A DNA stretch of 63,901 nucleotides from positions 1 to 63,901 of IMG/VR virus record IMGVR_UViG_3300036768_000681, one strand, 5' to 3'. Position 1 is the stretch's first letter; every line of letters starts with the position of its first letter. Position numbers and translations under genes: made by a program. The notes below the pieces were generated by a model that searched no databases, had not been told where the DNA came from, and worked only from the letters and a program-made list of their open reading frames with translations. This document shows positions 56,755-63,901 of the stretch, piece by piece. Origin of the DNA: a virus. Its lineage: Duplodnaviria; Caudoviricetes.

Positions 56755-57093
56755 ATGACATATAAATTAACAGATAACATTGAAGTTAAACTTAATAAAA
56801 TCACTCCGAAGGCACTTAAGAAACTTCGTGAAAGTGGAGTGTATGATTATAGCAAGCCGACTAACGAAGTATTTCAAGCGTTGCAAAAAGTGTTTCTTGA
56901 AGATGATGAGAAATTTAGACTACTTTTAGAAGGACTTTTCGAGCAAGTGCCTGAGGGGATTGAGCTTGAAGATGTTAACTTAGATGAAGTTAGTAATGCT
57001 TTATTTGATTTTTTCGGGAAGTTGGCAGGGCGTTTAGGGACATTGAGTCTCTTATCAATGACTTCAATGAATTCCGACTTGAAGACGAATTGA
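56755..57093 (+). CDS. Tail assembly chaperone (G-like)
   Basis: DFF slippery T TTT TTC at 57009-57015. Confidence 0.65.
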   Translation: MTYKLTDNIEVKLNKITPKALKKLRESGVYDYSKPTNEVFQALQKVFLEDDEKFRLLLEGLFEQVPEGIELEDVNLDEVSNALFDFFGKLAGRLGTLSLLSMTSMNSDLKTN

Positions 57094-57296
57094 TTTTAAG
57101 TTCTTTAACTTCTGCCCTGCCAGATAAATATGACTTGGATTATCTTGTTTATAACGCGAGTGATAATGTTTTACAAGAAGAAATTATTTGGAATACTGAG
57201 ATAACACAACTTTATAAAAGGTTGTTATTTAGAAAATTTGATAGCTGGATTAAAGAGCAATATCAAAAATCTCTGGAAATGAGGCGAAATGGCTGA
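57009..57296 (+). CDS. Tail chaperone GT-like extension via -1 frameshift
   Basis: The -1 frame is open from 57009 through ORF 57090-57296. Confidence 0.6.
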   Translation, partial: FFREVGRAFRDIESLINDFNEFRLEDELILSSLTSALPDKYDLDYLVYNASDNVLQEEIIWNTEITQLYKRLLFRKFDSWIKEQYQKSLEMRRNG

Positions 57297-59436
57297 TGTA
57301 AATCTTGGCGTAAAAATAGAAGCTGATGCTCAAGGTATATTAGACCTCAAGCAACATTTGATTGACCTTAAAAAGCATCTTGTAGAGTTAAGACAGCAAA
57401 AATTAGATATTGCTGATAAGGGTAGACTTGCCGATATTAACGACCAAATTCGTAGAACAGCGGTTGAAATTCAGAACACAAGTGTTAAAATTCAGGAGTT
57501 GAATTATAATCTCCAGAAGGATATGGCTTCGGCTTTGGCTCAAGGTGGACAGGCGGCGCATCAGATGTCAATGGCATTACAATCACTTAACTTTGTCATT
57601 CGTGACTCTCCTTATTTCTTTAGAGACTTTGCTCTTGGAGTTTTAGCAATAGGTAATAACTTAAACCCACTTATTGATAGCTTTATTAGAGCAAAGCAGG
57701 CGGCAGATGAGCAAAACATTTCTTTTATGGCTTTGATGAAACAGGGCTTGATGGGAACTTCTGGAATAATCTTAGGATTTTCTTTACTCGTTTCGATTTT
57801 GCAAGCAGTAGTGTTTTGGAAAGAAAAAACAAAAGATAAAACAGAAGAAAACACAAAAGCTTTAGAAAGAGAGCAAAAACAACTTGAAAAAAACATCGAG
57901 ACTTTCTTAAAATATAAAGCAAACTTGCCTGCTTATAAAGAAGGTGAAGAATTAATTAAAAGTGTTGATGAACAGATAAAGAAATTAGAAGAACAGAAGA
58001 AAGCAATAGAAAAAAGCATCAAGGCTAAACAAGATGAACTTGACACATGGTTGCAAGTGGCTATAGTAACTAATACAAATACTAAAGATACAAAAAACCA
58101 ATCAAACGAAACTCAAAGATTAAAATCAGAAATTGAAGATTTAAATCGCCAATTAGACACACAAAATAGCAAACTCAAAGAATTACAACTTCAGAAAGAT
58201 AACTTAATAAAACAGCAAATAAAATACACTGAACTTACTGAGCTGGGCAATAAAGTATCAAAAGAAGGCGTAAAAGTAATACAGGATTATATTAAACAAA
58301 CTAAACCTTTATATGCTGAGTATGACCTTTTAGTTGAGTATTTAACCGAACAACTTAAATTATCAAAGGATAATAGTAAAGAAGCGAGAAATTTTGCATT
58401 AGCAATTGACTTTTTAAAACAAAAGCAAAATGAACTTACTGATGCAATTAAAAATTCACGAAAAGAAACGCAAGAATGGATAAAGGATTTAATAAAGCAA
58501 GATGAAGAAGAGTATAAAAAAATTTCAAAAAGAGACAAAGAATTCGTTAAACACAAAGAACAAGAACTTAGCGCAGGGAAGTTTACAGATTATGAGCGTG
58601 ATTATCAAGTGGAATTGGAAGAACACGAGAAACGAAAAACCAGATTATTAAATGAGTTTACAAAGAAGTTAGAAAAACAACCCGATACACAGCTTCGTTA
58701 TGAATTAACACTCGAATATCTAAAGAAACTAAAAGAAGAAGAGGATAGATTTTATAGAAGAGCTGAACCATATTTTATACTGGTCAAAGGCTATCGAAGT
58801 CCAGCTTTGAAGTTAATTGAGGAAGATTCGAAAAAGGCGAAGGAGCGTGGTGCGGAAGCAACTAAAGAAACAGAGAAAGAACTTGCCGATCTAAATGCCA
58901 AGCAAAAGCAAATCAATGAAACACAAAAAGATAGATTAGAATTACAACAATGGGAATTAAAAAACTTAAAACTTCAATTCAATGCTCTTGGTGATATTGC
59001 TATGGCATTAGACAGCATTACTGGAAAAACAAACGACTGGGGTAGACGAATTGCTTCTATTTTGCAATACATTATAGAAATAGCAACAGCATATGAAAAA
59101 ATGCAAACTTCACAAGTTTCAGGAACTACTGGATGGTTGCAAATTCTTGGAAGTATTTTAGGTATTGGAGCATTATTATTCAAACCTAAACCTTTTCAAA
59201 CTGGTGGCATAATTGGTGGTGAAGGTGGCAGGGCAGTTCCTATAATTGCACACGAAGGCGAGATGGTTCTAAATAAACAACAGCAAAGAAATTTATTTAA
59301 GATGATAAATTATGGATTTGTGGCACCGAGTAATAGTTTGAATGTTAGAATTGATGGGAGCATAAAAGCTAAAAAGAGTGATTTTATTGTTGAATTCAAA
59401 AGAGCGGAAAAATTAATTTATAAGTCTAACTTATGA
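57289..59436 (+). CDS. Tape measure protein
   Basis: Long coiled coil; C-terminal FQTGG.I...H.GEMVLN..QQ.NLF. Confidence 0.85.
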   Translation: MADVNLGVKIEADAQGILDLKQHLIDLKKHLVELRQQKLDIADKGRLADINDQIRRTAVEIQNTSVKIQELNYNLQKDMASALAQGGQAAHQMSMALQSLNFVIRDSPYFFRDFALGVLAIGNNLNPLIDSFIRAKQAADEQNISFMALMKQGLMGTSGIILGFSLLVSILQAVVFWKEKTKDKTEENTKALEREQKQLEKNIETFLKYKANLPAYKEGEELIKSVDEQIKKLEEQKKAIEKSIKAKQDELDTWLQVAIVTNTNTKDTKNQSNETQRLKSEIEDLNRQLDTQNSKLKELQLQKDNLIKQQIKYTELTELGNKVSKEGVKVIQDYIKQTKPLYAEYDLLVEYLTEQLKLSKDNSKEARNFALAIDFLKQKQNELTDAIKNSRKETQEWIKDLIKQDEEEYKKISKRDKEFVKHKEQELSAGKFTDYERDYQVELEEHEKRKTRLLNEFTKKLEKQPDTQLRYELTLEYLKKLKEEEDRFYRRAEPYFILVKGYRSPALKLIEEDSKKAKERGAEATKETEKELADLNAKQKQINETQKDRLELQQWELKNLKLQFNALGDIAMALDSITGKTNDWGRRIASILQYIIEIATAYEKMQTSQVSGTTGWLQILGSILGIGALLFKPKPFQTGGIIGGEGGRAVPIIAHEGEMVLNKQQQRNLFKMINYGFVAPSNSLNVRIDGSIKAKKSDFIVEFKRAEKLIYKSNL

Positions 59437-60791
59437 TAAGATTTTATTTAAGAATTTTTAATTCAACCTCAACAATAAATGGTTTTACTTATCCAAAAAC
59501 TACACCAGGCACTTATAGAACTTATGATATTACTAATGAAATTATCGAAAATGAAGATATTATAATTGACAAGCGAGTTGAATATGATGGCTTAGATAGT
59601 ATTGCAACTGATGAAGTTAGCTTGGTGATATCAAAAAATGCAACAACCGAAAGGCTATTATTGAATGATAATTTTAAGGCTCTTTATATTACTGAGGCTG
59701 ATAAACTTTACTTTGCTGGTTTTATAGACAATAATAGAGTTATAAATTACAACGAAGACACTCTTGAAATAAAGGCAAATGGAGTTTTATCATTCTTATT
59801 TGATTTGTGGGATTCTATCCCAGTGCCTTATGAGGGAGTGGGTAGTTATACTTATGATTACAAATTAAATTATTTTCTTTCAAATACATTAACCGCAATA
59901 CCTGAATTTAGACTTAGAGAATTTTTGGATTATAATTTCTATGAAGATTTCTTAAGAATAGGATTACCTGAATTTAGTAATACCGATTTTAATAATATAG
60001 TTTATTATGTTTTTGCTTACAACTCACAGCAATGGTTTCAAGGTAATGCTAAATATAAATATACAGCAAAGGATTTCCTTTTAGAAGTTTTAAGACATTA
60101 TCTTGCAATGATTTATATCCATCCGAGTAGAAGACTTATTATTCAAAGTAAACTTTATTTAACAAATCCACACAACTTACCAAATCTTTCTGAAAATATT
60201 CTAAAAATAACAGACTATGCCTTAGATGATATTATATGGGAACAAGAATATAGTGTTTATGACGGAATTTTATTTAATGTGGTTAACGCATCAACTAACG
60301 AACATTTGTGGGGTTTGTATTCTAAAAATGCTGAATTTTACTGGGAGGTTCGAGACGGCGGGGATGGTCAAGAAGTAACATTTTTTTATAGGAAAATACC
60401 AGTTTCAAAAGATGGGTTCGGCGATGGTAACTATCTTGATTTGCGAATGAAACTTTTAACTGACAAAGGTATTCAAGTAGTCACTGAACCTTTATTGTTT
60501 TTAGGATCTCCAAGAATGGATGTATTGCCAGGTGGGCGATACGCACTTTTAAACCTTTATTATTCAATAGGGGGGCAAGACTATCATTATGATAGTGCGT
60601 CTGATATTCAGTATGGTATTTTCGAAAAATTATTAAACAAAAAAACAAGTATTCTAAAGACTACATTAACAGGGCTTGATTATAACATTGGAGACTTTTT
60701 TGAATTTAATAACAAGATATTTATATTGTATGAGATGAAATTAAATTTGACACAAAATACGACTGAAGTAGCAATGCGGGAGATTAAATAA
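59433..60791 (+). CDS. Tail tip protein
   Basis: Synteny after tape measure. Confidence 0.5.
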   Translation: MIRFYLRIFNSTSTINGFTYPKTTPGTYRTYDITNEIIENEDIIIDKRVEYDGLDSIATDEVSLVISKNATTERLLLNDNFKALYITEADKLYFAGFIDNNRVINYNEDTLEIKANGVLSFLFDLWDSIPVPYEGVGSYTYDYKLNYFLSNTLTAIPEFRLREFLDYNFYEDFLRIGLPEFSNTDFNNIVYYVFAYNSQQWFQGNAKYKYTAKDFLLEVLRHYLAMIYIHPSRRLIIQSKLYLTNPHNLPNLSENILKITDYALDDIIWEQEYSVYDGILFNVVNASTNEHLWGLYSKNAEFYWEVRDGGDGQEVTFFYRKIPVSKDGFGDGNYLDLRMKLLTDKGIQVVTEPLLFLGSPRMDVLPGGRYALLNLYYSIGGQDYHYDSASDIQYGIFEKLLNKKTSILKTTLTGLDYNIGDFFEFNNKIFILYEMKLNLTQNTTEVAMREIK

Positions 60792-61678
60792 TGGCAAGTG
60801 GTGGATACGGCAGATACATAAGGATTATTTATCCTACTTCGATTGTGAAAGTTCACAAATCGGGTAATTTAACTATCCGATGGGAAAGTGGAGCAAACAT
60901 TTCTATTTTCAATATCCAATATCGTAAAAATCCAAGTGATAACTGGCATACTATTGCTAATGATGTAACAGGTAATAGTTATTTGTGGCATTTGTATAAC
61001 TTTACACTTGATCCTTCCAGACAATATCAAATAAGAGTTTACAGAGAAATTGATGATATTATTTACGAAGCAATTAGCCCCGCATTCACAGTTTATGCAG
61101 GTTCGCTAATTCCTTCTAATTATCCTTACATTTTACACGGATACGGCAAGCCTTATTTTGTGATGCGTGATTTAGAAGGTAATATCTTAAAAGAAGCAGA
61201 GCTCCGTTATCCAGTTGCGATGGTTGAAAAATGGACACCAGAAATTATTGTTCATAAGTTATGGAGTGGAAAAAAGAGAGTGCTTGCTAAAGGTTGGTGG
61301 TATGAATGTGTTTTGGATTTTTCAAGTTATTCAACTTCGAAAGATATCGCTGATATTTTGCCTTTATATGATTTTGCAAGTAGAGATTTGACAGGTTCCC
61401 GTGAAATTTTATTTTATCCTCGTGGCAACATTATTGAAAATGGTGGCAATTTTAATTATTTTTACAAAGTAGAAATAAGTGAAAATTCAGTTTTGGAATT
61501 ACAAATGTTGCCTCATAGAAGCGGATATAGGAATTTGAAACTTGAATTAAAAGGCATTGAAAGATTGAGCCAGCCGTTTGATGATATTACATTCTTTAAT
61601 ACTGAAGAAATGAGTAGAGCTTTGCCTCACGGAATTGAAGGCGGTTATGGAACAAATTATGGAGAAGAATATGGTTAA
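60791..61678 (+). CDS. Tail protein with N-terminal Ig/FN3-like domain
   Basis: TIRW...IQY....W.TIA....NSY.W......YQIRV. Confidence 0.55.
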   Translation: MASGGYGRYIRIIYPTSIVKVHKSGNLTIRWESGANISIFNIQYRKNPSDNWHTIANDVTGNSYLWHLYNFTLDPSRQYQIRVYREIDDIIYEAISPAFTVYAGSLIPSNYPYILHGYGKPYFVMRDLEGNILKEAELRYPVAMVEKWTPEIIVHKLWSGKKRVLAKGWWYECVLDFSSYSTSKDIADILPLYDFASRDLTGSREILFYPRGNIIENGGNFNYFYKVEISENSVLELQMLPHRSGYRNLKLELKGIERLSQPFDDITFFNTEEMSRALPHGIEGGYGTNYGEEYG

Positions 61679-62291
61679 AAAACTAATTTTTGTCTTTGTA
61701 TTATTTTGTGTAGTTGGTTTTTCACAAACTACACCACCGAGCGGGTATACACCGCATTATAAACTTAGAATGTGGTCGCAAGGTGCAAGACCAAGTGCTG
61801 ATAGTTTAAATCAAAACTGGAAAGATATTGATAGTGTGATTTATAGTGTATCACAAAAGACAATAATTGATACTACTGATATTGCTTATAAGAGTAAAAG
61901 TAATTCTTTTAGTAATTATAATGTCATTAGTGAATTATTTATATTGAAATATCTTTATTATAACTATAGCTTATTTGAGCCGATGTCTGGCACTTATACC
62001 GCTTTACAATTTGATAATTTAGTAAATGCTTTTGTTTCTGGTGGATATGACACAGTTAAGGTTTATAGTATTAATAACTGGGATAAAGCTGGACAGATTT
62101 TAGTAATAATTAATTTAATGGGGCGTGAAAAATACATTAAACTTTATCACGATAAAGCTCAGGGAACTAAGTATAAAATGTTGTTGCCGAATGAAAATGA
62201 TTTACTAATTCCTTATCTCGGCTCGGTTACTTTAATGGCAATTGACAATGGTAGCGAAAAGAAGTATTATTTAATAAGCAAAACATTTTAG
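61671..62291 (+). CDS. Signal-peptide-bearing tail-region protein
   Basis: MVKKLIFVFVLFCVVGFS-Q; T..Y.L.......LN.NW..ID tail-fibre N-terminal-like motif. Confidence 0.6.
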   Translation: MVKKLIFVFVLFCVVGFSQTTPPSGYTPHYKLRMWSQGARPSADSLNQNWKDIDSVIYSVSQKTIIDTTDIAYKSKSNSFSNYNVISELFILKYLYYNYSLFEPMSGTYTALQFDNLVNAFVSGGYDTVKVYSINNWDKAGQILVIINLMGREKYIKLYHDKAQGTKYKMLLPNENDLLIPYLGSVTLMAIDNGSEKKYYLISKTF

Positions 62292-62300
62292 GAGGTAGAT

Positions 62301-62615
62301 ATGAAAAAAGTAGTATTATTTTTGTTGGTTTTAGTAGCAACATCTTTTGCACAAGTAAGATTTTTGAGTTATACAGGAACTACAGGAACTCAGGTGGATA
62401 CAATAAATTTTGATTTTTATGTGTGGGAAGTGTTTGTGATTAACGATAGTCCTGATAGTCTTTGGTTCTGGACAGAACCAAATGCTTCGAGTAATAGAAA
62501 AGTATTACTCTTAGGTGGTGAAAGTATGGATTTTAGATTTCAGAATTCAGTTAATAGAGTATTTTTAAAAGCAAGTAAAGCAAACACAAAACGAAGGGTA
62601 ATAGCAAAACCTTAA
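62301..62615 (+). CDS. Signal-peptide-bearing tail-region protein (homolog of 26644-26970)
   Basis: MKKVVLFLLVLVATSFA-Q; GTTGT.VDT, L.GGE, KRRVI. Confidence 0.65.
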   Translation: MKKVVLFLLVLVATSFAQVRFLSYTGTTGTQVDTINFDFYVWEVFVINDSPDSLWFWTEPNASSNRKVLLLGGESMDFRFQNSVNRVFLKASKANTKRRVIAKP

Positions 62616-62625
62616 TGGAGGTGAT

Positions 62626-63901
62626 ATGAAAAGAATTTTATTTGTCATTTTAATTTTTGCTCTGAGTATTTATGCTCAGAGTATTCAATTTAGCACACCA
62701 AGATTTTTGTATCGTATAAATGATAGCACAGCTAAGTTCACAGATAATTATACCAATTTGAGAATAGGTGGTGGGCAATTTCGCTGGCTTAATAGTCAAT
62801 TACAATTTAGTAATGATTTAACAAATTGGTATGCTATTCCTCAATCACTTACTCAGGGCGGGGGATGGACATTAGGATTTAATAAAATTTATCAATCTAC
62901 AGCAGGCACTCCAGTTCACATAAGAACTAATGCTGGTGATACAACGGGGGCGGGTTTATTGAATGTTTACGGGCATTTAAGCGTGGTTCCATCTTCTTCA
63001 ACATCAAATGTTTTGACTACAAAGTCGCTTCAGTCAACTGCACCGCTTGGAAGTGAATTAGTTACAAATGGAACTTTCGATAGCAATGCTGGATGGACTT
63101 GGGGAACAGGATGGACTTACGATGCTACTAATAAAGAAGCAGATCATACTACTTCCAACACAGCACCATTGACACAAACAATTAATGTAGTGAGCGGAAC
63201 AACTTATCACATTAAATTTCAAATTAAGAATATGACTACAGGCTCGGTCACTATAGATATTGGTGGGGTATTTGTGACTAATTATGGTTCATATATTAGT
63301 TTTGATTATAATAGCACATTTAATAGAACACTTGTTGCGAACAGCACTGGCAGTGTTTTATTATCTATTACTCCAACGAGTAACTTTGATGGCAGTATTG
63401 ACAATGTTTCTATAAAAGCTATTACTGGTGCTTCACAACCTAACTTAAGTTTCGTTGACGAGACAGATAATGTTTTTGCAGACTTAAGGGGGAATAAATA
63501 TTTATCTAATATCGCTTTGGGTTTAGGGGGTTTAAGTTCAAATACCACTGGTTATAGCAATTCAGCGTTTGGTCACTATACTCTTTATTCCAATACCATT
63601 GGTTATAATAATTCGGCGTTTGGTCGTGATGTCCTTTACAATAATACTATTGGATTTGATAACTCAGCATTTGGTCTGGGCGCTCTTTATTTCAACACCA
63701 GTGGATATAAAAATTCAGCGTTTGGCGTAGACGCTCTGCGTTTCAACACCACTGGTTATAGCAATTCAGCGTTTGGTCGAGACGCTCTATTCTTTAATAC
63801 CACTGGATATTACAATTCGGCGTTGGGGTCAAACGCAGGTGCTTCAATAACAACTGGTTATAATAATGTTTTCGTAGGTTATGACGCAGGATATAATGGT
63901 T
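62626..63901 (+). CDS. Tail fibre/adhesin-like protein, truncated by window end
   Basis: GGAGG-ATG 62626, MKRILFVILIFALSIYA-Q; near-identical to the 26983 ORF from about 62780. Confidence 0.8.
   Translation, partial: MKRILFVILIFALSIYAQSIQFSTPRFLYRINDSTAKFTDNYTNLRIGGGQFRWLNSQLQFSNDLTNWYAIPQSLTQGGGWTLGFNKIYQSTAGTPVHIRTNAGDTTGAGLLNVYGHLSVVPSSSTSNVLTTKSLQSTAPLGSELVTNGTFDSNAGWTWGTGWTYDATNKEADHTTSNTAPLTQTINVVSGTTYHIKFQIKNMTTGSVTIDIGGVFVTNYGSYISFDYNSTFNRTLVANSTGSVLLSITPTSNFDGSIDNVSIKAITGASQPNLSFVDETDNVFADLRGNKYLSNIALGLGGLSSNTTGYSNSAFGHYTLYSNTIGYNNSAFGRDVLYNNTIGFDNSAFGLGALYFNTSGYKNSAFGVDALRFNTTGYSNSAFGRDALFFNTTGYYNSALGSNAGASITTGYNNVFVGYDAGYNG

Larger units (their letters stand above)
28892..63901. 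mobile_element. Phage B: HK97-head siphovirus genome, ~35.6 kb if closed through the shared segment
   Basis: Second complete, non-homologous set of replication, packaging, head and tail genes; no integrase seen. Confidence 0.85.

Noticed and set aside
1-63901. Alternative genetic code
   Set aside because: Hallmark genes are full-length under the standard code with dense coding.

Overview
The window holds two distinct, near-complete AT-rich tailed (siphovirus-like) phage genomes joined head to tail. Phage A (about 1-28891) is temperate. It has an intact attP, tyrosine integrase, CI-like repressor, prim-pol/helicase, a lambda cosQ-like site, GpA-type terminase, lambda-type portal and a protease-capsid fusion. 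Phage B (about 28892-63901) has no recognisable integrase or CI. It carries Bet, a replication initiator, a DNA methyltransferase and an HK97-type head. The two share near-identical tail-fibre and lysis segments, several paralogous early-gene families and a TGTAAG-N6-CTTACA operator found upstream of six promoters. The standout is a phage B operon (minus strand, about 32848-34719) encoding a TROVE/Ro60-family RNA-binding protein flanked by three related Y-RNA-like elements. One element contains a circularly permuted tRNA that keeps a GCA anticodon arm, and two are minimal versions with only an anticodon-like hairpin. Other candidates are a promoter-driven, highly structured ncRNA (about 47033-47255), Sec signal peptides on tail-fibre-region proteins, and small repeat arrays. 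The host is inferred, not shown, to be a thermophilic Bacteroidota-Chlorobiota-Ignavibacteria-type organism. All product calls come from motif recognition by eye, with no database search.
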